A stretch of DNA of 64,000 bases from an uncultured Actinomycetota bacterium (GTDB lineage Bacteria > Actinomycetota > UBA4738 > HRBIN12). How positions within the stretch are numbered: the first letter of the stretch is position 1; every line of letters starts with the position of its first letter. The notes beneath the pieces are model-generated. The model was not told where the DNA came from. It searched no databases and saw nothing but the letters and a program-made list of their open reading frames with translations. This document shows positions 42,784-53,052 of this stretch, one piece after another. The stretch is taken from contig CAWIUW010000002.1 in assembly GCA_963839395.1 (NCBI GenBank), forward strand, positions 64,057 to 128,056, read 5' to 3'. Both the position numbers and the translations under genes were made by a program.

Positions 42784-44285
42784 CGTGCGTCCCCGTCGGC
42801 ACCGGTGGCGGGAGGGAGCGCCGGACCCAGTCGTCGTTGCAGCGGACGCGCGAGCAGGACCGCGACGACACCGAGGACGAGCCCACCGATGAGGAACCCG
42901 ATGAGCAGTCGGCCGATGTCGAGCGTGGTCGGGGACGGCTCGGCGAGCAACGGTCGGCCCGGATCGGCCCCGAACGCCACCACCGCGGCATCCTCGAACC
43001 CCGTGACGCCGACGAGGAGATCGCCCGCGTCGGACAACCCACGGAGGATCGACCCGCCGGCGTCGACGCGCCAGACGAGCTGTCCGCTCCGGCGATCGAC
43101 CGCGTACAGGGTGCCGGAGTCCGACGGGACGAGCACGTGCTCGCTCGTCAAGAGCGGCGGCGAGAACTGAGACGGATCGTTCAGCGCGTGATCCCACAGG
43201 AGGGTGCCCGTCTCGGCGTCGAACGCGTACACGCGCCCGGTCACGTCGACGGCGAACACCTGACCGTCCGCCGAGACCGGCGCCGGGGCTCCCACACCTT
43301 GCAGGAGGAAGGGCTGGCCGCGCGGCGCGATCGGGTTGATGACCTCCGTCCGCCAGAGGAACCGGCCGTCGTCGGCGTCGAAGGCGATCACCCCGCCGAT
43401 GACATCGAGGGTCAGCACACGCCCGTCCGCCACGACAGGCGCGCTCACCAGGTTCGAGGCATCCTCCGCACTCGCGTGCCACAGGTCCTCACCGCTCTCA
43501 GCGTCGAGTGCCACGACCTCCGAGGGCTCGTCCCGGCCCCCGAGCGTCGTCACGAGCGCCCTGCCCGCGTCCAGGGTGACGGCTCCGGATATCGGTGATC
43601 CCAGGTCCTCCGTCCAGCGCACCTCACCCGTCGTCAGCTCGACGGCGGTGACTCGCCCGACGACATCTGCGACGTACGCGCTGGTCTCATCCAGCGCCAC
43701 GGGCTTCTGCACGACGTCCTCGAGCGGGACCGGCGATGCCCACGCGGGCTCGCCTGTCGCGAGATCGATGGCGTTCACGTGCGAGTCGAACTCCTCCTCT
43801 TCCTCCCCCGCCTGCGAGTCCGAGGGAGTCGGGGACGGGGAGACGGCGGCCGATGCCGTCGAAGAAGGGCCGCGGTCACCGAAGCCCTCCGTGAAGACGA
43901 CGATCGGCCCGTCGGGCCCCGGACCGATGGCGGGCTGCGAGGTCGGCCCGAGGTCGCGATCGGCGCTGAAGACCTCAGAACCGTCGCGGCCGTCGAACGC
44001 CAGCACCGCGGTCGGCGCGACCACCACGATCGTGCCGTCTTCCGCGAGGGCCGGCAAGGACAGCCCACCGGTGACGTCCGTCGCTTCGAGCTCGATGTCC
44101 CGATTACTCCAGGCCACCGCCAACGGCGCCGTGGGACCGTCGGAGAGACCGTTGTGCGCACCCGATCCCTGGAACTGGCTCCAATCGGCGAGCGCCACAA
44201 GTGGCGCGCCCACGACGATCAGGACCGTGATGGAGGCAACGGCCAGCGAGCGATGTGACACGCGGGAGGGACGCAAGGGGTGCAA
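42780..44285 (-). CDS. PQQ-binding-like (BamB-type) beta-propeller protein, secreted and C-terminally anchored
   Basis: WSQFQG, repeated AxDxxTGxxxW motifs, N-terminal signal and C-terminal TM helix. Confidence 0.85.
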   Translation of the reverse strand: MHPLRPSRVSHRSLAVASITVLIVVGAPLVALADWSQFQGSGAHNGLSDGPTAPLAVAWSNRDIELEATDVTGGLSLPALAEDGTIVVVAPTAVLAFDGRDGSEVFSADRDLGPTSQPAIGPGPDGPIVVFTEGFGDRGPSSTASAAVSPSPTPSDSQAGEEEEEFDSHVNAIDLATGEPAWASPVPLEDVVQKPVALDETSAYVADVVGRVTAVELTTGEVRWTEDLGSPISGAVTLDAGRALVTTLGGRDEPSEVVALDAESGEDLWHASAEDASNLVSAPVVADGRVLTLDVIGGVIAFDADDGRFLWRTEVINPIAPRGQPFLLQGVGAPAPVSADGQVFAVDVTGRVYAFDAETGTLLWDHALNDPSQFSPPLLTSEHVLVPSDSGTLYAVDRRSGQLVWRVDAGGSILRGLSDAGDLLVGVTGFEDAAVVAFGADPGRPLLAEPSPTTLDIGRLLIGFLIGGLVLGVVAVLLARPLQRRLGPALPPATGADGDAR

Positions 44286-44324
44286 GGCCGCGTCATCCTA
44301 GCGGCTCGCCCGTGTCGAAGCGTC

Positions 44325-44825
44325 TCAGCCCGCGTTCATCGGGGCGAGCCGGATGAACCGCCAGACCTCGATCGGTCCGAGGTAGTCCAGCGGATCCACG
44401 TAGGCGTCGAGCAACCGGACACCGAGGTGGAGGTGGGGCACGAGCGAGCCCGTGTGCCCAGCGCCCGATCGGCCGATCACCTGCCCACGCTCGATCGCAT
44501 CGCCCCGCCGCGCGGTGATCCCGTCGAGCCATGAGTACGTCGACTCCACGCCGCCGCCGTGGTCGATCGTCAGGAAGAGCCTGCCGCCGACCGGACCGGC
44601 GAACGTCACCGTCCCCGCCGCCGGCGCCCGCACCGGCGAGCCGAGGGCGACCGCGATGTCGATACCCCGATGACCGGAGCCGAACGGGGTGTCGGGCGGA
44701 TCGAACCCTCTGATCACCGGACCGACGACCGGCCACGACCAGTCTCCGGCGGCGATCGCCGGCCCGGCGGCCGAGGACGCGAGCACCAAGCACGCGAGCG
44801 CCACGGGCAGGACGAGCTTCCTCAC
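44325..44825 (-). CDS. M23 family peptidase
   Basis: WPVVG, GHRGIDI, PHLHLG, YVDPL; signal peptide from the GTG at 44825. Confidence 0.88.
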   Translation of the reverse strand: MRKLVLPVALACLVLASSAAGPAIAAGDWSWPVVGPVIRGFDPPDTPFGSGHRGIDIAVALGSPVRAPAAGTVTFAGPVGGRLFLTIDHGGGVESTYSWLDGITARRGDAIERGQVIGRSGAGHTGSLVPHLHLGVRLLDAYVDPLDYLGPIEVWRFIRLAPMNAG

Positions 44826-44893
44826 GTCGAGCGACGCTATGGGGTCAGGGCAGCGCGCACCATGACGCGCGTCACAGCCGAGAGGAACCGGCT

Positions 44894-45751
44894 TCAGTCG
44901 ACCTCGGTGAGCTGCCCGCGGAGGCCGCCGACCGCCTTCGTGTGGATCTGACACACACGGGACTCCGTCACGCCGAGGATCTCACCGATCTCGGCGAGCG
45001 TGAGGCCCTCGAAGTAGTAGAGGGTGACGACGATCTTCTCTCGCTCCGAGAGCGAGTTGATCGCGGCGGCGAGCAAGCCGCGCGTCTCCTGACTCTCGAC
45101 TCCCCAGGTGGGATCGAGGCCCTTGTCGGCGATCGTGTCGATGAGCGCGACCTGGTCGCCTCGATCGCTCCCGGAGGAGACGACCTCGTCGAGGGCGAGC
45201 ACCGAGACGAAGGAGATCTGCGAGACCATCGCGTGCAGCTCCGGCCGAGTCATCCCCAACCGGTCGGCGAGCTCCTCCTCCGACGGCTGTCGCTTCAACA
45301 TCGCCTCGAGGTCGGCCTGTGCCTTCTCGAGCTCCCGTGCCTTGAATCGGATCGATCGAGGAACCCAGTCCATCGCTCGCAGCTCGTCGATGATCGCGCC
45401 CTTGATCCTCGGCACCGCGTAGGTCTCGAACTTGTTGCCGCGGCCCGGCTCGAACTTCTCCAGGGCATCGATGAGCCCGAACATGCCGTAGCTCACGAGA
45501 TCGTGCTGGTCCACGCTCGAGGGCAAACCCGTGGCCACCCGGCTCGCGACGTATTTCACGAGCGGCGCGTAGTGGAGGATCAGCTTCTCGCGCGCGTCGG
45601 TGTCGGCGCCACTCTTGAAGGCATCCCACCGCAGCCCGAGCTCGTCGTCGACGGCGGGCGGGATCGTGACCGTCTTGGAGGGCCCGAGCTTCGAGGGACC
45701 TTTCCGAGCCCGTTCCACCGTCTTCGTCGCGACCTTCTTCGCCGTCGCCAC
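44894..45751 (-). CDS. RNA polymerase sigma factor, FliA/WhiG family
   Basis: LILHYAPLVKYVA, KFETYA, DELRAMDWVPRSIR, LGVTESRVCQIH. Confidence 0.93.
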   Translation of the reverse strand: MATAKKVATKTVERARKGPSKLGPSKTVTIPPAVDDELGLRWDAFKSGADTDAREKLILHYAPLVKYVASRVATGLPSSVDQHDLVSYGMFGLIDALEKFEPGRGNKFETYAVPRIKGAIIDELRAMDWVPRSIRFKARELEKAQADLEAMLKRQPSEEELADRLGMTRPELHAMVSQISFVSVLALDEVVSSGSDRGDQVALIDTIADKGLDPTWGVESQETRGLLAAAINSLSEREKIVVTLYYFEGLTLAEIGEILGVTESRVCQIHTKAVGGLRGQLTEVD

Positions 45752-45752
45752 G

Positions 45753-46679
45753 TCAGGCCCTCGGGTGAGCGCGTCCGTAGGCCTCGAAGAGCCGTCGTCT
45801 CGAGACGTGCGTGTACCGCTGCGTCGTCGCGACGCTCGCGTGCCCGAGCAGTTCCTGGACAGCTCTGATGTCGGCCCCTCCTTCCAGAAGGTGAGTCGCG
45901 AACGAGTGCCGCAGGGTGTGCGGGGTGACCCGCCTCCCCGGCAGCAGGGTAGCGCCATACCGCTCCACCATCGAACGGATATCGCGTTCACTGAAGGGTT
46001 TGCGGCGCCGATTGAAGAAGAGAGTGCGAGATCCTTCCGCGGCCATCGCGGCACGTCCCTCAAGCAGGTAGGCGGACAGGGCGTCTCCGGCATACTCGGA
46101 AATAGGTACTTCGCGCTCCTTCGAGCCTTTCCCGAGCACGAGCACCCGCCCCCGTGCGACGTCGACACGATCCAGCGTGAGGGTCGCAACCTCACCGACC
46201 CGGAGACCGGAGCCGTACAGGAGCTCGAGGACGGAGCGGTCGCGAAGTGCGATCGCGCGTTCGAGTGGGTCACCGTCCTCCGACCAGCTCGGCGCCTCGG
46301 CGAGACCATCGGCCTCCTTCGGGCGAAGCACGGTGGGGAGTCGATTGACGACCTTGGGCCGCCCGAGGAGCAGCGAGGGGTCGGCTTGGATACGCCCTGC
46401 GGAGACCGCCCAGCGATAGAAGGTCTTGATCGCCCCGACGCGCCGCGCGATCGTCGCGCGAGCGTAGCCGAGGGTGTGCTGCTGGGCGAGGAACCGGCGA
46501 AGGAGCGGATAGGGGGCATCGCCGAGGGAAGAGCGATTCCTCGTCAGGAACGTGGCCAGCTGCTGGAGATCGACCCCATAGGCAGCGACCGTGTTCGAGG
46601 ACAGACGGCGCTCGAGGGCCAGATGGTCCTCGAAGGCGCGGAGAAGCTCGCGCTCGGGTTGGGGAAGTCCTTCGGCCAT
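45753..46679 (-). CDS. xerC: tyrosine recombinase XerC
   Basis: ELLYGSGLRVGE, GKGSKER, HTLRHSFATHLL, LGHASVATTQRYT; dprA-xerC synteny. Confidence 0.9.
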   Translation of the reverse strand: MAEGLPQPERELLRAFEDHLALERRLSSNTVAAYGVDLQQLATFLTRNRSSLGDAPYPLLRRFLAQQHTLGYARATIARRVGAIKTFYRWAVSAGRIQADPSLLLGRPKVVNRLPTVLRPKEADGLAEAPSWSEDGDPLERAIALRDRSVLELLYGSGLRVGEVATLTLDRVDVARGRVLVLGKGSKEREVPISEYAGDALSAYLLEGRAAMAAEGSRTLFFNRRRKPFSERDIRSMVERYGATLLPGRRVTPHTLRHSFATHLLEGGADIRAVQELLGHASVATTQRYTHVSRRRLFEAYGRAHPRA

Positions 46680-46812
46680 GCACGCTCCCGGTGGGTGGCG
46701 TCCCTGTGTATCAACCGGAAGGGTGGTGCGCAAGGTCCCTCATGAGGACACCGTCATCCCCCGGGCGAGCCCACGGGCCCTCCATCCAGCCGACGGCGAT
46801 CGCCGCGCGTGG

Positions 46813-47940
46813 TCAGTCCCCGGCGATCGGTGCCGCCGGTCGATGACGCCGTTCGTATCGGCCGCCGACGCTCACGATCAGGCCGCGCAGCTCCAGCTGG
46901 ATCAACGTGGTGACGGCGTCCGGGATCGACATCCCTGCCTCACGGGCGACGCCGTCGGGCAGCGACCCTCCCGAGAGCGCGTCCCACACCCTCCCCTCGT
47001 CGTCGGTCAGGTCCGGGGGCGCGGGAGGAGGCGCTTCGCGATCGATCCCGAGGTCGTCGAGGAGATCGCCGGCGCCTCGGATGAGCGTCGCCCCGTCGCG
47101 GATCATCTCGAGCGGCGTCTCCGCGAGTGGACTCGTCACGGGTCCCGGAACAGCGAAGATCTCCCGGCCGAGATCGAGCGCGTGGTCGACGGAGATGCGT
47201 GATCCGCTCTTCGCCGCGCCCTCCACCACCACCAACGCGCGCGCGAGCGCCACGACGATCCGGTTCCGTGCCGGGAAGTGTTGCGGTCCGGCCGGCATCC
47301 CCGGCGGGTACTCGCTCACGATCGTGCCGCTCAGGGCGATCGCCTCGATCAGGTCGCGGCTGCTGGCCGGGTATGCGACGTCGATCCCGGAGCCGAGGAC
47401 CGCGACGGTCCGGCCCGCGGCCTGGAGCGCTCCCCGGTGTGCCGCAGCGTCGATACCGTGGGCCGCTCCGGACACGACGGCGAGGCCGCACGCCACGAGC
47501 GCCCGGCCCAGGTCCTGCGCCACATCTCGCCCGAGGTTCGAGCACTTCCGTGAGCCGACGATCGCCACACGGTCGGGCGACCCCGCGAGCGGCTTGCCGA
47601 GCATGAAGAGGCAGGCCGGCGGATCCCTGAGGTCGAGCAGCCGATCCTCGTACTCGGGATCCGCCGGCGTGACCAACCTCGCCCGGGCCTCCTCCACGCG
47701 AGCGGCGGTCGTCCGAGGGTCGATCTGCGGCAGCCACTCGCGGTCGCCATCGCTCCCCAGCCGGCCGCGACGAACCGACCCGACGCATCCGCGCGCCGAG
47801 CCGGTCCTCCACGCCTCCGCGTGCACCTTCAACGGGCGCAGGCTCCGCAGCTCCGACAACGTCAGGAGCGCGAGCCGTTCGTCCTCGCCCCGCCCGAAAC
47901 CCCGCGGCCATCCTCGCGGCGGCGGCGGCTCATCCGGCAC
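46813..47940 (-). CDS. dprA: DNA-processing protein DprA
   Basis: AIVGSR, VSGAAHGIDAAAH, FPARNRI; C-terminal winged helix. Confidence 0.93.
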   Translation of the reverse strand: MPDEPPPPRGWPRGFGRGEDERLALLTLSELRSLRPLKVHAEAWRTGSARGCVGSVRRGRLGSDGDREWLPQIDPRTTAARVEEARARLVTPADPEYEDRLLDLRDPPACLFMLGKPLAGSPDRVAIVGSRKCSNLGRDVAQDLGRALVACGLAVVSGAAHGIDAAAHRGALQAAGRTVAVLGSGIDVAYPASSRDLIEAIALSGTIVSEYPPGMPAGPQHFPARNRIVVALARALVVVEGAAKSGSRISVDHALDLGREIFAVPGPVTSPLAETPLEMIRDGATLIRGAGDLLDDLGIDREAPPPAPPDLTDDEGRVWDALSGGSLPDGVAREAGMSIPDAVTTLIQLELRGLIVSVGGRYERRHRPAAPIAGD

Positions 47941-49468
47941 GCGCGAACACCTCCGGCCCGAAACCCGTTCGGTACGAGAGCGCCTCGGCCAGGTGATCCC
48001 TCTCAACCCGGTCCGACCCGACGAGGTCGGCGACCGTCCGGCCGACCTTGATGGCTCGGTCGAATCCACGGCCGGTGAGCGCCAACGTCTCCACCGCCTT
48101 CGTGAGCAGGCTCTCGGCGGCCGGAGAAAGCGAGCATGTCCGTCGCGCCACCGGCCCGGGCAGGTGGGCGTTGCACGACACACCCAACGGCGCCCAACGT
48201 CGGCGCTGCCGTTCCCGGGCATCCTCCACCCGTGCCCTCGCCAGCGAGGATGCCTCGCCCGGCGCGGAACCCAGCAGCTCCTCCTTGGTGAGTCGCGGGA
48301 TGCGAAGACGGATGTCGATCCGATCGAGCAGAGGTCCCGACAGCTTGTTCCGGTACAGCTGGACGCGGTCCGGTCGACATACGCATCGCCTCGAGCCGTC
48401 CCCATCGAAGCCGCACGGACACGGATTGGCGGCCGCGACGAGCGTGAACCTCGCGGGGAATTCCACCGAGCCCACGGCCCGCGTGATGACGACGCGACCG
48501 TCTTCGAGCGGCTGTCGCAGTCCCTCGACGGCGTCGCGACGGAATTCCGTGAGCTCGTCGAGGAACAGGACGCCGTGATGCGCGAGGCTGACTTCGCCCG
48601 GTCGGACGTAGGTGCTGCCGCCGCCGAGCAACCCCACCGTCGAGACCGAATGATGCGGCGCGCGGAACGGGCGGGCGCGGAGCAGTCCCCTCGAGGAACC
48701 GAGCAGTCCGGCGACGGAATGGAGCTGCGTGGCCTCCAATGACTCTTCCCGTGAGAGCTCGGGCAGGATCGTCGGCAGTCGCCGGGCGAGCATGGTCTTC
48801 CCGGCGCCGGGCGAGCCGACCATCAACATGTTGTGGCCGCCGGCCGCCGCGATCTCGAGCGCGCGGCGCGCCTGCGTCTGGCCGCGCACCTCCGACAGAT
48901 CCACGGTCGCGGCGGCCGGCGCGTCGTCGGTCGGGGTCACCACATCGGGCGGCGACCACGTTCCTCGTAGGAATCCGACCGCATCAGAAAGCGTCTCCGC
49001 GCCGATGACGTGGAGTCCCTGCACCTGCGCGCCTTCGACGGCGTTCGCGGCGGGGACCACGATGCCCTCGAGTCCCGCTCTCGCCGCGGCGATCGCCACG
49101 GTGAGGATGCCCGGGGTCGTCAGCAGCTCACCCTTCAGGGACACCTCCCCGGCGAACGCGAACGCATGCAGACGATCGCTCGGCACCTGCCGTGTCGCGG
49201 CGAGCACGCTCATGACCAATGGCAGATCCAACCCCGGGCCTTCCTTCCGGACGTTGGCCGGCGCGAGGTTCACGACGACGCGCCGAAGCGGCCACTCGAG
49301 CTGGGCGCCCTCGACCGCGGGCCGGACGCGCTCCCGGGCGTCCTGCACTCCCGCCCCGGGCAGTCCGGTCACGATCAGCGCCGGGAGGCCACGGCCGACG
49401 TGAGCTTCCACCGTGACGAGGTGCCCGCCGACGCCGAGCACCGCCACCCCCAGGACCCGCCCGTACAT
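47930..49468 (-). CDS. YifB/ComM Mg-chelatase-like AAA ATPase
   Basis: VNLAPANVRKEG, GSPGAGKTMLA, PFRAPHH, LFLDELTEF, ANPCPCG. Confidence 0.93.
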   Translation of the reverse strand: MYGRVLGVAVLGVGGHLVTVEAHVGRGLPALIVTGLPGAGVQDARERVRPAVEGAQLEWPLRRVVVNLAPANVRKEGPGLDLPLVMSVLAATRQVPSDRLHAFAFAGEVSLKGELLTTPGILTVAIAAARAGLEGIVVPAANAVEGAQVQGLHVIGAETLSDAVGFLRGTWSPPDVVTPTDDAPAAATVDLSEVRGQTQARRALEIAAAGGHNMLMVGSPGAGKTMLARRLPTILPELSREESLEATQLHSVAGLLGSSRGLLRARPFRAPHHSVSTVGLLGGGSTYVRPGEVSLAHHGVLFLDELTEFRRDAVEGLRQPLEDGRVVITRAVGSVEFPARFTLVAAANPCPCGFDGDGSRRCVCRPDRVQLYRNKLSGPLLDRIDIRLRIPRLTKEELLGSAPGEASSLARARVEDARERQRRRWAPLGVSCNAHLPGPVARRTCSLSPAAESLLTKAVETLALTGRGFDRAIKVGRTVADLVGSDRVERDHLAEALSYRTGFGPEVFARAG

Positions 49469-49538
49469 GAGCGCCGGACGATAGCGACGACCACCGACAC
49501 GGGCCGGCTCGGCGAGTCGTCGCGATAGCATCCGCCGC

Positions 49539-51050
49539 GTGCCCGAGCCCACCGATCACCCGGAGCCCGAGCTGATCGATGTTCGCGATCCGGAACGGTC
49601 GCGCGCGGCGCTCGAACGCCTCGGCGAGCGGACGTGGGCCGAAGCGCTCGACTGGCTCTACGGACCGGCTGCGGAGCGCGCCACGGCGCCGGACCTGTAT
49701 CCGGACATGCGCCGATCCTTCTTCGGTGAGAGCGGTTCACCCGGCCCCGCGCCGGCAGAGGGTCGCACCTCGGATGAAGTGCTCGCCGAGTTCCGCGAGC
49801 GCCTCGCCCCCTTCGCCTACGCCGCCCAACACCCGGGCTCCTACAGCTACTTCACGCCCCCGCCGCTTCCCATGTCGATCGCGGGCGAGACCCTCGCCCA
49901 GTGGCTGAACCAGGGCATCGACGTCTGGCTCTCGGGGATGGCCGCACCGTTCGTCGAGGAGGAGGTGATCCGATGGCTCTGCGACCTCTGCGGCTTCGGC
50001 GCCGACGCGTGGGGCGTCCTCACGAGCGGCGGCGTCATGGCGAACATCATGGCCCTCACGATCGCCCGGGACGTCCACCTGATGAAGCTCCTCGGCGATC
50101 ACACGCCGCCACGCGCGACAGAGCTCGAGGGCGTACGCGTCTACGCCTCGGACCAGACCCATTTCTCGGTCGAGCGCGCCATCGACATGCTCGGCTTCCC
50201 GGAGGGAACGCTCAGGATCGTTCCCTCCGACGACTCGTTCCGATTGCAGGCCGAACCGGTCGCCGACGCGATCGCCGAGGATCGGGCGGCGGGGCTCACG
50301 CCGTTCGCGATCAGCGCGGTCGCCGGTTCCACCAACACCGGCTCGATCGACGACGTGCCAGGGCTCGCGGACCTTGCCGAACGAGAAGGGCTCTGGCTCC
50401 ATGTGGACGCCGCGTACGGCGCGGCCGCCCGTCTGTCGGCGCGTGAGGCGCACAAGCTGCCCGGCCTCGAACGTGCGGACTCGCTCACGGTCGATCCGCA
50501 CAAGTGGCTCTTCCAGCCTTACGACATCGGCGGGCTGCTCGTGAAACGGCGTGAGGATCTCCTTCGAACCTTCCACCGCGAGCCCGAGTACTACGCCGTC
50601 TGGGGTCCGGAGGAGCGTCCGCTCCACTGGTACCAGTACTCGCTGGAGGGGACACGACGGTTCCGAGCCTTGAAGCTCTGGCTCTCGTGGAAGCACCTCG
50701 GTTCGGACGGCTTCGCGCGCCTCATCGAGCACAACGTCGATCTCGCGGAGCATCTCGCCTCGCGAGCGCGCGGCCTCGGCTTCGAGGTGATCGCACCGGA
50801 GCTCGCGGTCGTGTGCCTGCGACGCGCGCCCTCCCGCCTCGACGCGGCGAAGACCGACGAGCTGCAGCGGAGGCTCCAGCGCGCCTTGGAGGTGTCCGGC
50901 ATCGGATGGCTCTCGACCACGACGCTCCACGACCGCACGTGGCTGCGCGCGGGGGTGATCAATTACCTCTCGACGGACGCCGACGCGGATCGGATCTTGG
51001 ACACGCTCGTCGACGCCTCAGAACGCGTCCTCGAAGACCTCGACGGTTGA
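49539..51050 (+). CDS. PLP-dependent group II amino acid decarboxylase
   Basis: TSGGVMAN, THFSV, HVDAAYG, DPHKWLF (PLP lysine). Confidence 0.9.
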   Translation: MPEPTDHPEPELIDVRDPERSRAALERLGERTWAEALDWLYGPAAERATAPDLYPDMRRSFFGESGSPGPAPAEGRTSDEVLAEFRERLAPFAYAAQHPGSYSYFTPPPLPMSIAGETLAQWLNQGIDVWLSGMAAPFVEEEVIRWLCDLCGFGADAWGVLTSGGVMANIMALTIARDVHLMKLLGDHTPPRATELEGVRVYASDQTHFSVERAIDMLGFPEGTLRIVPSDDSFRLQAEPVADAIAEDRAAGLTPFAISAVAGSTNTGSIDDVPGLADLAEREGLWLHVDAAYGAAARLSAREAHKLPGLERADSLTVDPHKWLFQPYDIGGLLVKRREDLLRTFHREPEYYAVWGPEERPLHWYQYSLEGTRRFRALKLWLSWKHLGSDGFARLIEHNVDLAEHLASRARGLGFEVIAPELAVVCLRRAPSRLDAAKTDELQRRLQRALEVSGIGWLSTTTLHDRTWLRAGVINYLSTDADADRILDTLVDASERVLEDLDG

Positions 51051-51368
51051 TCTCGCGTGCTGAACCGCCACGCTCGCCACATCGAACCGGATCGCGTGCG
51101 GGTGCGAACCACTCGCCTGCAAGAACGCCTGCGCGAGGGATCGGAGCTTGGCTCGCTTCTTCCAGGTGACGGCCTCGTAGCCGCCGCCGAAGGCACCGGA
51201 CCGGCGCGATTTGACCTCACAGAACACGAGGACTCCGCGGCGTTCCACGATGAGATCCAGCTCGCCGAGGCTGCAGCGCCAGTTCCGGGCCAGCACCCGA
51301 TACCCGCGCCGGCGGTACGCGTCGGCGGCAGCGTCCTCCCCGTGCGAACCGATCGGTCCCGTCACCAC
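51018..51368 (-). CDS. YraN/UPF0102 family protein
   Basis: GEDAAA, RNWRCSLGELDLI, FCEVKSR, RFDV. Confidence 0.9.
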   Translation of the reverse strand: MVTGPIGSHGEDAAADAYRRRGYRVLARNWRCSLGELDLIVERRGVLVFCEVKSRRSGAFGGGYEAVTWKKRAKLRSLAQAFLQASGSHPHAIRFDVASVAVQHARSTVEVFEDAF

Positions 51369-51401
51369 CGGAAGGACGGTAGTCGGCGATGCCGACAGGG
51401 A

Positions 51402-52043
51402 TCAGGTGACGGCGGGCCGGCGACCGGTGAGCGCCGAGACCACCCCGAGCCCGATCAACGTGAGACCCGGCAGCCACCGTCGCACGGCTCCCGAGCGCCG
51501 GCGGGTCGCCAGCGTCCGTGACACGCGGGCGGAGATGAGGGCATACGTCCCGTCCGAGATGAACCCGAGGAGGATGAACGTGATGCCGAGGAGGACGATC
51601 TGCAGCGGGACCGCTCCTTCCGACACGTCGACGAACTGCGGGAGGAACGCCAGGAAGAACAGGGCCGTCTTGGGATTCAACACGTTCACGACCACGCCCT
51701 GCGCGTAGACGCGTCTGAGCGAGTGACCTTTCCCTGCCACGTCGGGTCGCTCGTCGTCGCGACCGCGAAGCGCTCGGATCCCCAGCCAGATGAGGTACGC
51801 GGCGCCGACGTACTTCACGATGCCGTACGTCAGCGCGGACGACGCGAGGATCGCCGACAGGCCGAGGGCCGCCGCCGCGACGTGCACGATCGATCCGGTG
51901 TGGATGCCAAGCACCGACACCAGCCCGGCAGCCCTTCCCTGATCCATCGATCTCGTCACGATGTAGAGGACCGACGGGCCGGGCACGACGAGCAGCGCGA
52001 GCGACGCCACGGCGAACGCCGCGAAGACCTCAGGCGAGGGCAT
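51402..52043 (-). CDS. LysE/RhtB family translocator
   Basis: VPGPSVLYIV, NVLNPKTALFFLAFLPQF. Confidence 0.92.
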   Translation of the reverse strand: MPSPEVFAAFAVASLALLVVPGPSVLYIVTRSMDQGRAAGLVSVLGIHTGSIVHVAAAALGLSAILASSALTYGIVKYVGAAYLIWLGIRALRGRDDERPDVAGKGHSLRRVYAQGVVVNVLNPKTALFFLAFLPQFVDVSEGAVPLQIVLLGITFILLGFISDGTYALISARVSRTLATRRRSGAVRRWLPGLTLIGLGVVSALTGRRPAVT

Positions 52044-52351
52044 CAGACCTCCGGCGAGTCCGGGATCGCCGTGGCGTCCTGACGGAGCTCCTCGACGTTG
52101 ACGTCGTGCCGGGTGACGACGCGGACAGTCGAGACGAAGCGAGCGGGCCGGAACATGTCCCAGACCCAGGCGTCGCTCAGCTCCACACGAACCCAGCCGC
52201 CATCGAGATGCTCGATATCCACCTTGTTCGCCAGGTAGAAGCGACGCTCGGTCTCGATCACGTAGGCGAACATCGGGAGCACGTCCCGGTACTCGCGATA
52301 GAGCTCGAGCTCTCGCTCCTCCTCGAAGCGCTCGATGTCGTCCTCGTTCAT
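52043..52351 (-). CDS. DUF2469 family protein
   Basis: LYREYRDV...ETERRFYLAN...DAWVWDMFRPARFV, an actinobacterial signature protein. Confidence 0.9.
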   Translation of the reverse strand: MNEDDIERFEEERELELYREYRDVLPMFAYVIETERRFYLANKVDIEHLDGGWVRVELSDAWVWDMFRPARFVSTVRVVTRHDVNVEELRQDATAIPDSPEV

Positions 52352-53052
52352 CGGGTCATGCTCTCACTCTCGGCCCCCTCCCAGGTCGGGAGCCCGACCG
52401 ACCTGTCCATCCCGGGGAGGAGCGGTTGACCCACGCAGGCGAACGACAGCCGGTGGATCGGTGTGGGCCCGAGCCGATCGAGCACCTCCAGGTGCTCGGG
52501 CGTGCCGTAGCCCACGTTGTGATCGAAGCCGAACGCCGGGTACCGGCGATGCATGCGGACCATGATCCGGTCCCTGGTCACTTTCGCGACGATCGAAGCG
52601 GCCGCGACCGAGACCGCGACAGCGTCGCCCTTCTTGATCGCGAGCGACGGGCACGGCATCCGGGGCACCGGGAACCCGTCGGTGAGGGCGTACTCCGGCA
52701 CCGGGTCGAGGGCGCGGACGCACCGACGAAGGAGGGCGAGGTTGGAGCGGTGGAGTCCGCGATCGTCGATCGCGCCGGGCTCGGCCTTGGCGACGGCGAA
52801 CAGCGCCACCGCGACGATGCGCGCGTACGCCGATTCCCGCTGGTTGCGCGTCAGGACCTTCGAGTCGTCGATCCCTTCGGGGTCGAAGCCGTCGGGCAGG
52901 ACGACCGCCGCCGCCACGAGCGGGCCGGCCAGCGCGCCGCGGCCGGCTTCGTCGGCGCCTGCGACCCGTGTGAATCCCTGCTCTCGCAGGGCACGTTCGT
53001 AGCGGCCCAGGTCGCCGGTCAGTCGATCCCTCCGATCCTCCCGAGAGGCCAT
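52348..53052 (-). CDS. rnhB: ribonuclease HII
   Basis: GADEAGRGALAGP, DDSK, KGD...VAAASIVAKVTRD. Confidence 0.95.
   Translation of the reverse strand: MASREDRRDRLTGDLGRYERALREQGFTRVAGADEAGRGALAGPLVAAAVVLPDGFDPEGIDDSKVLTRNQRESAYARIVAVALFAVAKAEPGAIDDRGLHRSNLALLRRCVRALDPVPEYALTDGFPVPRMPCPSLAIKKGDAVAVSVAAASIVAKVTRDRIMVRMHRRYPAFGFDHNVGYGTPEHLEVLDRLGPTPIHRLSFACVGQPLLPGMDRSVGLPTWEGAESESMTR

Noticed and set aside
44894-46519. 541-aa extended sigma factor
   Set aside because: The N-terminal part is an alternative frame of xerC; the sigma starts at 45751.
45753-46679. Tyrosine recombinase as a prophage or ICE integrase
   Set aside because: Housekeeping XerC in conserved dprA synteny; no att sites or mobile genes nearby.
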